Source: Candidatus Helarchaeota archaeon
Lineage (GTDB): Archaea; Asgardarchaeota; Lokiarchaeia; Helarchaeales; RDOG01
NCBI GenBank assembly: GCA_019058315.1
Contig: JAHPZH010000003.1
Span: forward strand, 652,451 to 716,450
Direction: 5' to 3'
Length of the DNA stretch: 64,000 nt
Below, one piece after another: positions 28,903 to 39,227 of this stretch. Under the pieces are notes generated by a model, which did no database searches, had not been told where the DNA came from, and saw only the letters and a program-made list of their open reading frames with translations. The first letter of the stretch is position 1. Every line of letters starts with the position of its first letter. Both the position numbers and the translations under genes were made by a program.

Positions 28903-29178
28903 GTGTTTATGGATTTTAATAATAAAACCCAAGTAGAAAATAAGATAGCAGAACTTATAGCTGAGGTTAAAAAAGAAGGATGTGCCAAGGCAAAATATGA
29001 AGAATTGGGTTCTATTCTAAATAAAATAGGTCAAGATGAAGACCTTTTAAAAAAATATGAAACACTATTTGATGATGCATTAGACGAAATGATGATGTCA
29101 GGAGTTAGCATGGAAAAATGTGGTTGTGATCCATTACTTAAAAAAATCCCAGCGGATAAAGAGCCGAAAAAACCTTAA
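28903..29178 (+). CDS. small hypothetical protein
   Basis: GAGGTGA RBS upstream; helical, CGC near the C-terminus. Confidence 0.65.
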   Translation: MFMDFNNKTQVENKIAELIAEVKKEGCAKAKYEELGSILNKIGQDEDLLKKYETLFDDALDEMMMSGVSMEKCGCDPLLKKIPADKEPKKP

Positions 29179-29209
29179 TCTTTTTATTTTTATTATTATA
29201 CTGGACATT

Positions 29210-29518
29210 TTAAAATGTCTGTACTACATCCCAGTCTAAAATATGGTATTCATTATTAATCTCTTCAATATTTAAATTTATAATCGTTTCTTCTTCTTGA
29301 GTCCATTCAATACTCCATCGTGCGATTATTTTTGATGGTTCAATATAGATATTCCATTCTCCCACGCACCAAATATCTTTTTGAATTTTCCCTTTTCTTC
29401 CTTTAATTGAATCTTCACTTAATGGTAAACCGCTTAATAATGAATTATTCTTATTTTCTTGGATAAACCCAATAATACAATGTTCAATAAGATCTAAATT
29501 CGGAACTTTTTCTCTCAT
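29210..29518 (-). CDS. hypothetical protein
   Basis: 102-aa ORF filling the intergenic space. Confidence 0.55.
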   Translation of the reverse strand: MREKVPNLDLIEHCIIGFIQENKNNSLLSGLPLSEDSIKGRKGKIQKDIWCVGEWNIYIEPSKIIARWSIEWTQEEETIINLNIEEINNEYHILDWDVVQTF

Positions 29519-29633
29519 TATATTTCCTTTATCTTTTATTTATTTTACAAAATTTTTTAACACATAATCCATATATGTCTTTTACATAAAAGCAAATACC
29601 AAAATAAGAAAGATATGATTAAGAGGCTTAATA

Positions 29634-30821
29634 ATGGAAAAGAAGAAATTTAAGTTCTTACGTGGATTTGCCACAAGAGCTATTCATTCTACAATACCAA
29701 AAGAAGAGGAAAGTCGTCCTATTACCTCACCGATATATCAGACTACATCCTTTGATGTAAAAGATGCGTTTATAAAACAAATCAGCCCTAAATATATTTA
29801 TACAAGAGGAGGCAATCCAACATTACACGAATTAGAAGTAAAACTTGCAAATTTAGAAAATGGTGATATAGGGGAGACCTTTGCATCAGGTATGGGTGCT
29901 ATTTCTACAACTGTTCTTTCAATCGCTAAAAAGGGGGATGAAATAATTGCAGACTATGAATTATATGGAGGTACCCAAGGTCTATTTAATAGTGTTGTTC
30001 GAGACTGTGGAATTAAAGTCAATTATATAGACATGACTAATTTCGATCAGGTTCTAGAAGCTATTAATAATAGAACCAAACTTATTTTCCTTGAAACTCC
30101 GGCTAATCCAACTTTAAAAATTACTAATTTAGAAGAAATTTCAAAAATTGCTAAAGAGAAAGAAATTATTACAGCTGCGGATAATACCTTTAATAGTCCA
30201 TATAATTCACGTCCATTGGAGCATGGTATAAATTTTGTAATACATTCTCTCACAAAATTTATTGGAGGTCATGGAGACGCTATAGGTGGTGTGGCAGTAT
30301 CAAAAAGGAGCGATTTTAAATTAATGACTGAAATTAAAAAGAATGCACATGGAATTGGAGCGTGTTTATCACCTTTTAATGCTTTTCTATTTCTTAGAGG
30401 TTTAAAGACTTTAGAACTTAGGATGCAAAGACATAATTATAATGCAACAGAATTAGCCAAAGCTCTCGAGGAAAGAACTGATAAAATCGGAAAAGTTCTT
30501 TATCCGGGATTACCTTCGCATCCTCAGCATGAATTAGCAAAAAAACAGATGGATGGATTTGGTTGTATTGTAAGTTTTTATTTGAAAAAAGGAACTAATG
30601 TCCAGAAATTCCTTAGGAATCTAGAAATTCCACATTATACTGTTAGTCTTGGAGATTGCGATAGTTTAATTGAAGACCCTTATAATCTAACGCATTTTTC
30701 AGTTTCCCATAAAGTTAAAAAAATGATAGGAATAACAAAATACATGATTAGAGTAAGTGTTGGTCTAGAAAACGTGGATGATTTAATAGATGATTTTAAT
30801 AATTCATTAGATTTACTATGA
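29634..30821 (+). CDS. PLP-dependent trans-sulfuration enzyme (cystathionine gamma-synthase/methionine gamma-lyase family)
   Basis: PIYQTTSF, YTRGGNPT, FASGMGAI, ETPANP, DNTF, HSLTKFIGGHGD, RVSVGLE. Confidence 0.93.
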   Translation: MEKKKFKFLRGFATRAIHSTIPKEEESRPITSPIYQTTSFDVKDAFIKQISPKYIYTRGGNPTLHELEVKLANLENGDIGETFASGMGAISTTVLSIAKKGDEIIADYELYGGTQGLFNSVVRDCGIKVNYIDMTNFDQVLEAINNRTKLIFLETPANPTLKITNLEEISKIAKEKEIITAADNTFNSPYNSRPLEHGINFVIHSLTKFIGGHGDAIGGVAVSKRSDFKLMTEIKKNAHGIGACLSPFNAFLFLRGLKTLELRMQRHNYNATELAKALEERTDKIGKVLYPGLPSHPQHELAKKQMDGFGCIVSFYLKKGTNVQKFLRNLEIPHYTVSLGDCDSLIEDPYNLTHFSVSHKVKKMIGITKYMIRVSVGLENVDDLIDDFNNSLDLL

Positions 30822-30827
30822 AATATA

Positions 30828-31793
30828 ATGAAGATCAGTGAATTATCAAAATTTAAGCATAGTAACCCTATTTTATCATTAGCTATTTCCTCTGATGGAA
30901 AATATATCGTTTGCGGCTCAAATGATATTCATATTTGGGATATAACAAATGAAAAGCTTGTCCGTATTCTTGAAGGAAAAAATGATATTTTTTATTCTCT
31001 AGCATTTTCTAATGACTCAAAATACATCATTGGTGGTTCTCTTGATAAAACTCTTAAAATTTGGGAAATTGATACAGGAAAACTTGTTCATATTCTTGAA
31101 GGTCATGAACAACCTATTGTTGCAGTTAAGGTAACTCCAAATGGAAAATATATTGTTAGTGGATCTCGTGATTTTAGCGTTAAAGTGTGGAATATGGATA
31201 GTGGTGACTGTTTCCAAACGTTTAATGCGCACTGGGGTCCCGTAAAATCGATTGCAATTTCTCCAGATGGAAAATATCTTGTGAGTGGTTCTGGTGAATA
31301 TCGTTATTCAGGAACCAAAGATTACACCCTTAAACTTTGGGATTTAGAGAAGGGTATGCCTCTGCATACATTCATCGGACATGAGCACGATATACCCTCT
31401 GTTGAATTTTCACCCGATGGAAAATTTATTATCAGTGGTTCTTGGGATAATTCAATAAAAATCTGGAGATTAAAAACACGTACTCTTATCGATTCTATTG
31501 AAGATGCACAAGATTCTGTTCCAGTATATTCAATTGCAATCTCACAAGATGGAAAATATATTATTGGTGCCTTACAGAATGGTAATATTAAATTTTGGGA
31601 TTTTAAAACTAGGAGATATCTATATACACTAAAAGCACATAAGGGAGTGATCTGGTCGATATTAGTTTCTAATGACGATAATTATCTCATCAGTGGATCA
31701 GATGATAAATTAGTAAAAGTCTGGAACTTTTTAGAATTAAAGAAAGAATGTGAAATGAAAGTTAAATTAAAAATAGGGGATAAATACTTTTAA
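30828..31793 (+). CDS. WD40-repeat protein
   Basis: About 7 repeats of GH...V.SV..SPDGK.IVSGS.D..IK.WD. Confidence 0.93.
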   Translation: MKISELSKFKHSNPILSLAISSDGKYIVCGSNDIHIWDITNEKLVRILEGKNDIFYSLAFSNDSKYIIGGSLDKTLKIWEIDTGKLVHILEGHEQPIVAVKVTPNGKYIVSGSRDFSVKVWNMDSGDCFQTFNAHWGPVKSIAISPDGKYLVSGSGEYRYSGTKDYTLKLWDLEKGMPLHTFIGHEHDIPSVEFSPDGKFIISGSWDNSIKIWRLKTRTLIDSIEDAQDSVPVYSIAISQDGKYIIGALQNGNIKFWDFKTRRYLYTLKAHKGVIWSILVSNDDNYLISGSDDKLVKVWNFLELKKECEMKVKLKIGDKYF

Positions 31794-31884
31794 TATCAGT
31801 ATTAATATTCATGTGAGTATCTGAACTTTTGGGGGAAGGTTGTAAATAATTAGGAACCCTATAAAGAATAATTTGGTTTGAAAA

Positions 31885-32088
31885 GTGCAAAAAGAGTGTA
31901 AATGGTATACAGTTTGCCCCATGAAGAGATTTTATGAACAGGGAAAATTGGATGAAAAGTGGATTAGATTATATTGTAGGGGAGATTGGAAGATTTGCGT
32001 TCGTTATCAAATGGAGGAAAGAGGAGACCCACATTCTGACTTGATGCTTCCAGATGGAACAATAATGGATAATAATAAAGATTTTTGA
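31885..32088 (+). CDS. small Cys-rich conserved hypothetical protein
   Basis: ECKWYTVCP...YCRGDWKICVRY...MLPDG. Confidence 0.7.
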   Translation: MQKECKWYTVCPMKRFYEQGKLDEKWIRLYCRGDWKICVRYQMEERGDPHSDLMLPDGTIMDNNKDF

Positions 32089-32151
32089 TATCAAAATAAA
32101 TATTAATAATGAAAAGATTATTTAACTGATAATTTTTGAAGAGGTTTTAAA

Positions 32152-33099
32152 ATGATAATCGATGCACATACTCATTTATGGCAGCGGGATATGCTACCTG
32201 AGAAATATTGGATAAATGCAGCTTGGATGATGTCTCAATTTATCCCCGGAGATATGTCGATTGATGTTATTCTAAAATCAGATGCTATGCAAAAATATAT
32301 GGATGGTTCTGCGGAACGACTTTTGGCTGAAATGGAAGAAGCAAGTATCGATAAGGCAATAGTTTTCGGAACAGATTGGGGTCTAGCATTAGGAGAGCCC
32401 AAAATTCCCGTTGATGATTTGAATAAATTTATTGCAGATAATGCTAAAGAATATTCGGATAAGTTTATTCCTTTTTTTACAATAGACCCAAGACGTCCAA
32501 ATGCAGCTATATTATTTGAAACAGCTCTTACTAAATGGGAAATGAAAGGATTAAAGTTACACCCTACAACTGGCTACTATCCAGATGGGGAGGAATGTTA
32601 TAAATTATTCGAAATTGCTGACAAATATCAAGTCCCTGTTATTACTCATACAGGTTATCTTACTGGATTAAAAGGTCGCACAGCATCCATAGAGTATTTT
32701 GATGCACCTACTACTGATTTTCCGAAAATTAAATTCAGTTTTGCACATCTAAGCTTCGGGAAAATTGAAGATCTTATTGGTATTATAACTATGAAGCCAA
32801 ATATTTATTGTGATATCTCTGCACATGGACAACTTCTTATAACGAATTCTCCCAGTGACTTCTATCGACAATTAAGGTTTATTATGAATCATCAGTTAGT
32901 GTCAAACAAAGTAATGTTTGGGTCTGATTGGCCTGCTACAAGCTCACTTATGACTCTTTCTAAATGGGTTGGAACAATAAAAGATCTGGATAATCCAAAA
33001 ATTAGTGAAGTTCTCGATAAATTTGGATATAAAAAATTTAGAAATAAGGATATAAAACAGGTTTTGGGATTAAATGCGACTAAATTTTTAGGTTCATAA
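32152..33099 (+). CDS. amidohydrolase family (amidohydro_2) protein
   Basis: IIDAHTH, GLKLHP, THTG, FAH, MFGSDWP. Confidence 0.9.
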   Translation: MIIDAHTHLWQRDMLPEKYWINAAWMMSQFIPGDMSIDVILKSDAMQKYMDGSAERLLAEMEEASIDKAIVFGTDWGLALGEPKIPVDDLNKFIADNAKEYSDKFIPFFTIDPRRPNAAILFETALTKWEMKGLKLHPTTGYYPDGEECYKLFEIADKYQVPVITHTGYLTGLKGRTASIEYFDAPTTDFPKIKFSFAHLSFGKIEDLIGIITMKPNIYCDISAHGQLLITNSPSDFYRQLRFIMNHQLVSNKVMFGSDWPATSSLMTLSKWVGTIKDLDNPKISEVLDKFGYKKFRNKDIKQVLGLNATKFLGS

Positions 33100-33177
33100 T
33101 GTTTAATTATTGATTAATTAAAATTTTTTTAGTATTATTGATATATTATTTAACAAAAAATATAAGCTGGTATTTTT

Positions 33178-34638
33178 TTGAAGTATAAGAATAAAATAGC
33201 TGGTTTGCTTATTGTGTTAATTTTTTGTTTATCATATAACATCGATTATATTTCTTATAAAATGGGTCCTGATTCTTATAGCATGGATCCCGATAATATA
33301 TCTCCAGATTTAATTTGGACTATGCTAGGGGAAAAAGTTCAAAGAGTCATTTTGATTAGTATCGACTCATGCAATCCAGATTATATTCGTCCAGACCTTA
33401 TGCCCCACTTATGGGAATTTATGTTTTATACGGGTTGTATGTTCATTAATGCAGAAACCATACTATCATCTGACACTGTTTCAGGTCATACGTCTATGCT
33501 TACTGGAGCATACCCTAATACCACCAAAATTTTTGGAAATCAATACACAAATGTAAGTCTATGGTTTCATCCATTTCCTGGATTTATGGCACCAAATAGA
33601 TTTTTTGATTATAACATAAGACAAGCTAATACAATTATTGAAGCAATAGAGCCGAATTTAACAATTGGAACACATTTCATTTCAAGTAAATGGTTACATT
33701 GGATGCTTGGTTGGGAATCGGATAGCTGGGTTGGACCAGAGTTTAAAATTGAATTTTCGCAAGGAGCTCCACGTTTTCTTCCAGCTAGTTCATATAGTTG
33801 GGCGAATCCTGATTATCAAAGTCAAGTTGGTAATGGTTATGGTGAGATGTTACCTATGGATCACTGGATCATTAATGCTTTAATAGAAAACTTAAGGAAT
33901 GAAAAATTTCCACAAAATTTCTACTTTGTAAATATAGGTTATACAGATGAAATGGGTCATGTTTATGGAGCCCGAAATGCTATGGCAGAACGGCAGATGA
34001 GAGAAGTGGATAATTTACTACATCGCTTATTTGTAGAAATTATTTCATCAGGTAAACTTTTCAATACATTATTTGTAATAACATCAGATCATGGAATGGA
34101 AACCATTCATGAAGAAGGAGTTAACTTAGAAGCACTTCTTAATGAAGCGGGAATTCCATGTTATATTCACAATGAAGGAGGAAGTGCATACATTGGTCTT
34201 CCCTTTATAGACAAAAATACAACTGGATATAAGAAAATGAAAGAATATACGCTTAATTATTTGGAATTAATAAATTCTAGATACTGGTTATTTGATGATA
34301 TAGTACCATCAGAAAATTATTCAAAATATAATATCCCTGAGGATGGTTGCGCAGGTGATATATTCTTATCTTTCCGAAAAGGAGCACGAATTCGAACCAA
34401 AAATGCTCCTGCTCATGCAAATGGAGAACATGGATCTATCAATGAACGGAAAATTGTGATGATGTGGCTGGGACCACACATTAAACGACGGGGCGTAATC
34501 TTTAATGAAGATCCTGTGTCTATTTGTGATATTGTGCCAACTATAGGGAGTTTAATGGGTTGGGACTTGTCAAAAATTGAAAATACTATTAATGGTCAAG
34601 ATTTAACCACAATATATAACTTGGGGGAGTCTGTTTAA
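33178..34638 (+). CDS. alkaline phosphatase superfamily (nucleotide pyrophosphatase/phosphodiesterase-like), N-terminal anchor
   Basis: LISIDS; SDTVSGHTSMLTGAYP; DEMGHVYG; TSDHGM; GEHG. Confidence 0.88.
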   Translation: MKYKNKIAGLLIVLIFCLSYNIDYISYKMGPDSYSMDPDNISPDLIWTMLGEKVQRVILISIDSCNPDYIRPDLMPHLWEFMFYTGCMFINAETILSSDTVSGHTSMLTGAYPNTTKIFGNQYTNVSLWFHPFPGFMAPNRFFDYNIRQANTIIEAIEPNLTIGTHFISSKWLHWMLGWESDSWVGPEFKIEFSQGAPRFLPASSYSWANPDYQSQVGNGYGEMLPMDHWIINALIENLRNEKFPQNFYFVNIGYTDEMGHVYGARNAMAERQMREVDNLLHRLFVEIISSGKLFNTLFVITSDHGMETIHEEGVNLEALLNEAGIPCYIHNEGGSAYIGLPFIDKNTTGYKKMKEYTLNYLELINSRYWLFDDIVPSENYSKYNIPEDGCAGDIFLSFRKGARIRTKNAPAHANGEHGSINERKIVMMWLGPHIKRRGVIFNEDPVSICDIVPTIGSLMGWDLSKIENTINGQDLTTIYNLGESV

Positions 34639-34639
34639 T

Positions 34640-35332
34640 ATGAATTTAGAATCAGTCAAGATTTTTTTTAGAAATTACGTCAGAATGATATATTCACCAA
34701 CAAAGGCAATAGATGAGATTCTAGAACGAGAAACCAATTTATTAGATTCAGTTTTATTGGTCTTAATTTCTAGTGTCCTAACAATTACTGGTGTTTTTAT
34801 ATTTCAAGGTCCATCAGGTCCAATTTATAATATTTTTCAATATTATAGCTCCACATTCCTTCTAGAATTATTAACATCATCATCAATATTTGGATATGAC
34901 CTTTTTACAACCCATTATCATTTGATATTTCTAAAAAATGTACTTTTTCTTATTAAAGCTTGGATTTACTTTAGTATTTTCGCTTATATATGGTTAAGAA
35001 TCTTGAAAGTTAAAGCTAGTTTCTTAAAGACTTTTGAAATAACTGCATGGTCTTTATTTCCTCTTCTTTCAATTACAATTATAATTTCATTTATTTGTAT
35101 AATATTGAATTTAATTCCTGGTATGGCTCTATACGCTTATTTACCATACTATATAGTATTAATGATACTTATAATAGTTGTAATTCCCCCCATCTTTAGT
35201 AATTTTATTATGAAAGCGTTTGATGTATCTGATGTAAAAGTTCTACTTCCATATTACCTGACATTGTATATCTTGTTTATAATCTTTACATATAACCATA
35301 TGGAAATTCTCGCAAGGTTTAGGTTCCTCTAA
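34640..35332 (+). CDS. Yip1-domain membrane protein
   Basis: MIYSPTKAIDEI N-terminal amphipathic motif; ASFLKTFEITAWSLFP; about 5 TMs. Confidence 0.7.
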   Translation: MNLESVKIFFRNYVRMIYSPTKAIDEILERETNLLDSVLLVLISSVLTITGVFIFQGPSGPIYNIFQYYSSTFLLELLTSSSIFGYDLFTTHYHLIFLKNVLFLIKAWIYFSIFAYIWLRILKVKASFLKTFEITAWSLFPLLSITIIISFICIILNLIPGMALYAYLPYYIVLMILIIVVIPPIFSNFIMKAFDVSDVKVLLPYYLTLYILFIIFTYNHMEILARFRFL

Positions 35333-35362
35333 TATTATTAATGACTTAAATAAGATGATAAT

Positions 35363-35944
35363 ATGAATTGGAAAGAGTTTATTATTAATTTCTTAAAAAA
35401 ACCATCAGAAACCATAGAATTTGTAGATGAAAACTATTCAATGAAGAAAATGATTATTCTAGGTTTGCTAGGCGGATTATTTTTATTACCAAATTTCATA
35501 ATTTTTCAATTTCGTGGAGAATATTGGATATATATTGCATTTTTACTGGGGTTAGTTGGACTTTTAGCTGCTGTTTATGTAAATTATCAAGTTGTTTTTT
35601 ATTTACTTTCAAAACTAATGTACAGAGATTCTGATTATCCATTCGATAAAATAAGAAAGTCAAATATCTGGTATGCTGCAACAGCATTTTTACTATGTAT
35701 GTTATTTGTTTTGCCTCTTCAATTGACATTTCTATATATTAAAGAATATGGTGTAGGTTTGTTTTTTTATTGGCTCGTGGTTATAATTTGGCATATATGG
35801 GCAATGGCTTTGGAATATCAGACAATTCAATTTTATGTTAAAGAAAATAATCTCAAAAACATGTATTTGACAATTATTACTCAAATTTGTGGTTTCTGTA
35901 TTTATCAAATTTTGATTTATATAGGAATTCTTTCGATGTATTAA
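35363..35944 (+). CDS. Yip1-domain membrane protein (second)
   Basis: FLKKPSETIEFV motif; about 5 TMs; IWHIW. Confidence 0.6.
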   Translation: MNWKEFIINFLKKPSETIEFVDENYSMKKMIILGLLGGLFLLPNFIIFQFRGEYWIYIAFLLGLVGLLAAVYVNYQVVFYLLSKLMYRDSDYPFDKIRKSNIWYAATAFLLCMLFVLPLQLTFLYIKEYGVGLFFYWLVVIIWHIWAMALEYQTIQFYVKENNLKNMYLTIITQICGFCIYQILIYIGILSMY

Positions 35945-36044
35945 ATTTAAAGGAATTATTAATATACTCTTTATTGACATTTTTCAACATAATTAGCTAA
36001 AAAAAAATAGATAATAAAGAAAAAAGTTTTGTTTGAGGTTCTGA

Positions 36045-37865
36045 ATGATGCTTTTTGGGTATAAAGGAAAACTTTTGCATCTTGATCTTAGCAAAAAAAC
36101 ATCTAAAAGCATAACCATTCCTGAAGTTATTTTAAAGAAGTATATAGGTGGACGTGGTCTAGGAGCAAAACTCTATTGGGATCTTATATCACCCGAGGCA
36201 ACTCCGCTTGGTCAAGAAAATATTTTTATGGTCTTAACTGGTCCTCTAGGAGGTACAATGGTGATTGGTTCAGGGAAACATGTTATAATTACAAAATCAC
36301 CTACTACTGGAGGTTGGTTAGAAACTTATTCTAGTGGTAGAATGACCCCAGAGATGAAATTTGCAGGATATGACGGATTAATTTTTACCGGTAAATTAAA
36401 GGATCTAAGTGGTGTTTTCATTAAAGATAATAAAGTGGAATTTTCTGATGCTGATTTTCTTAAGGGTAAAGGTTCATTTGAAACCGAGACTTATATTCGG
36501 GAAAATTTTCATCCAGACTGTGGTACTCTTTCTATTGGACCAGCTGGTGAAAATCTTCTTCCTATTGCGTGTATTGGAAGTGATTATTTTCGCAAAGCAG
36601 GTCGTGGAGGTTCAGGTGCAGTAATGGGCTCTAAGAATCTTAAATTTATTGCTATTAAGGGTAGCGGAGGAATTAATTGTGTAAATATGCAGGAACTTCA
36701 TAAATTAGTCCTCAAGCATCAAAAAAGAGTCAAGTTTAGAACCAGCACTCCTATGACTATGACTTTCACTAATTCCGCAGGAATGCTTCCCACGCGAAAT
36801 TTTTCCAAGGGTCAATTTAAAAGGGCAATTGGTAGAATAGATATTGAGGCCGTTAATAAGGTAAAAATAGCTAGAAGGGCATGTTACGCTTGCTTCGCAG
36901 CATGTGCAAGTATAACAAAAATTAGAGAGGGAGAGTTTAAGGGCATTACATTAGAAGGTCCTGAATATGAAACTCTCGCAATGCAAGGTGCTAATTTGGA
37001 AATTGACTACTTGCCAGCAATTTTGAAGGCAAACTATCTATGTGATGATCTTGGAATGGATACGATATCCTCAGGTGTAATAATAGGCTTCGCAATGGAA
37101 TGTTATGAGCGAGGAATTTTAACAAAAGAAGATACCGAAGGGTTGGATCTTAAATTTGGAAATTATAAAGCTGCACTTGAGTTACTGGAACTCATGGCTC
37201 ATAAAAAAGGTTTTGGAGCGTTTTGTGCCCAAGGAGTAAAAAAGATGGCAAAATCTCTAGGACATAATTCCGAGCATTTCGCAATGCATTCTAAAGGCTT
37301 GGAATTGCCTGCTTATGATCCACGTGCAGGGTGGAGCACAACTATAACATATTCAGTTACACCAAGAGGTGGATGTCATCGGAGAGCTTGGCCTCCATTA
37401 AAAGAAGTCCTCGGAGGTGTAAATCCTTTTACTATTAAAGGAAAAGCAGAGATGGTGATAGAGCTTATGAACGAAAGGTGTGTGATTCATTCCCTTTTAG
37501 TATGCGACATGTCTAATGCGGCTGTTCGGTTGAAAATTTCTGATTGGGCTAAGTATTTGAATATTGTGACTGGTTCAAATTATTCAAAAGAAGACCTAAA
37601 TTACCATGCAGAGATTATTGAAACCCTAATTAGACGAATTAATATTCGTGAAGGTTTTAGCTCCAAAGATGATTATCTGCCTAAACGCATTTTGGAAGAA
37701 AGTCATCCCGATGGTCCAACGAAGGGTAAAATTATTGGAACCGATAATTTCTTGAAAATGCGAACAGATTATTATTTGTGTCGAGGTTGGGACAGTGAAG
37801 GTGTTCCAACCGAAGAGACTATTGCTAAATATGAATTTGATTCAGAACCAACCATCAAAATTTAA
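36045..37865 (+). CDS. aor: tungsten-containing aldehyde:ferredoxin oxidoreductase family
   Basis: YIGGRGLG, KSPTTG, IGPAGEN, GRGGSGAVMGSKNLK, EGPEYET, CDDLGMDTIS, RGGCH, YY..RGWD..G.P. Confidence 0.93.
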   Translation: MMLFGYKGKLLHLDLSKKTSKSITIPEVILKKYIGGRGLGAKLYWDLISPEATPLGQENIFMVLTGPLGGTMVIGSGKHVIITKSPTTGGWLETYSSGRMTPEMKFAGYDGLIFTGKLKDLSGVFIKDNKVEFSDADFLKGKGSFETETYIRENFHPDCGTLSIGPAGENLLPIACIGSDYFRKAGRGGSGAVMGSKNLKFIAIKGSGGINCVNMQELHKLVLKHQKRVKFRTSTPMTMTFTNSAGMLPTRNFSKGQFKRAIGRIDIEAVNKVKIARRACYACFAACASITKIREGEFKGITLEGPEYETLAMQGANLEIDYLPAILKANYLCDDLGMDTISSGVIIGFAMECYERGILTKEDTEGLDLKFGNYKAALELLELMAHKKGFGAFCAQGVKKMAKSLGHNSEHFAMHSKGLELPAYDPRAGWSTTITYSVTPRGGCHRRAWPPLKEVLGGVNPFTIKGKAEMVIELMNERCVIHSLLVCDMSNAAVRLKISDWAKYLNIVTGSNYSKEDLNYHAEIIETLIRRINIREGFSSKDDYLPKRILEESHPDGPTKGKIIGTDNFLKMRTDYYLCRGWDSEGVPTEETIAKYEFDSEPTIKI

Positions 37866-37882
37866 TATAAAAGGGATTAAAT

Positions 37883-38455
37883 ATGGTTAAAAGAGTTTTA
37901 GTCATTCATGCAGAAAATTGTACAGGATGTCGAATGTGTGAACTAGCATGTTCAAGTGTTAAAGAAGGAGAGTTTATCCCGGAGCATTCACGTATTAGAA
38001 TCGTAACTAATGAATTAGAAGGATGGTCTAGACCAACTGTTTGTTTGCAATGTGAAAATCCAATGTGTATGGAAAAATGCCCAGTTGGAGCTATTTATAA
38101 GACAAAAACTCCACAAGGTGACTTTTTGGTTTTAGTGGATCAAGAAAAATGTACTGGGTGTAAACAATGCGTTGAAGCTTGTCCATTTGGAGTTATTTAT
38201 TTTTTTGATAAGTTAGGTGTTATCAAATGTGACTTATGTGGAGGTAATCCAACTTGTGTAGGGTTTTGTTCATATAAGTGTTTAGATTTCGTTGAGCTGT
38301 CAGATGAGGAATACCAAAATAGAATTAGGAAATTAAACGAGATAACTGTAAAAGCTTCCGAAAAGATCGATAAACTCAATTCGTATAAGCGTAAAATGCT
38401 CTATTCTCTAGATACATCAAAAATTTCTGTCAATTCAGTGAAAAACAAGAAATAG
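37883..38455 (+). CDS. 4Fe-4S dicluster electron-transfer subunit (DmsB/CooF-like)
   Basis: CTGCRMCELAC, CLQCENPMCMEKCP, CTGCKQCVEACP, KCDLCGGNPTC. Confidence 0.92.
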   Translation: MVKRVLVIHAENCTGCRMCELACSSVKEGEFIPEHSRIRIVTNELEGWSRPTVCLQCENPMCMEKCPVGAIYKTKTPQGDFLVLVDQEKCTGCKQCVEACPFGVIYFFDKLGVIKCDLCGGNPTCVGFCSYKCLDFVELSDEEYQNRIRKLNEITVKASEKIDKLNSYKRKMLYSLDTSKISVNSVKNKK

Positions 38456-38621
38456 AAATTATAACTAGAATAATAAAGAAATTATATCGTTTTTCTTTCA
38501 ATATAACAGATTTAAAAACAGTGCTTGCAAAAAAATTAGTGCATAAATCAAAATATTTTAAAAAAATCCTATTAGAATAAAAAAATCGAAAAATTTTATA
38601 TCAATCCTAAAGTGAAATAAA

Positions 38622-38963
38622 ATGTCTTTTGACGAAAAAGAAGTTGAAAAAGCAAAAGCTGTAGCAATTGCACATTATAAATTAATAACTGAAGGCAAAC
38701 AAGAAGAATGGCTAAAAACTATGGAACCAAATAAAAAGAGTACTGCAATTCGTTACTATTGGCCAGCAGGCAGAAAATGGATAGAAGCAGGAGGATCCTA
38801 TGAATTCAAATTTTTTGATACGAAATATAGTCAACCAACAAGATTAAAGTTCTTTTTCCATCGCTATGACAAAGATGGAAACCCTTCTGGTTCTGGACAA
38901 GTCCCAGTTATTATGGTAAAAGATAAAGCTGGTAAATGGATAGTAGATGTTGCAAGCTGGTAA
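38622..38963 (+). CDS. hypothetical protein
   Basis: 113-aa ORF followed by a T-rich tract. Confidence 0.7.
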   Translation: MSFDEKEVEKAKAVAIAHYKLITEGKQEEWLKTMEPNKKSTAIRYYWPAGRKWIEAGGSYEFKFFDTKYSQPTRLKFFFHRYDKDGNPSGSGQVPVIMVKDKAGKWIVDVASW

Positions 38964-39227
38964 CTATCCCTTAATTTTTTTTCTTTTCAAAATTAATATT
39001 AAAAGGACTATCTGAGTAATATCAAACAAAAAATAATTGAAATGATACTAATTCCATTATGGAAGAATAAAAGATTAATTTCAGATTAATCAAATTTTAG
39101 TATTTATGCAGATTTTGTTAATTAGAATAATATTATTAACCGTAAATCACTAAAGAGAAAACCTATTCTTTTATATTGATGAGAAATATAATTTAATTTA
39201 GTATAATTCAATAGGGATAAATAATTA

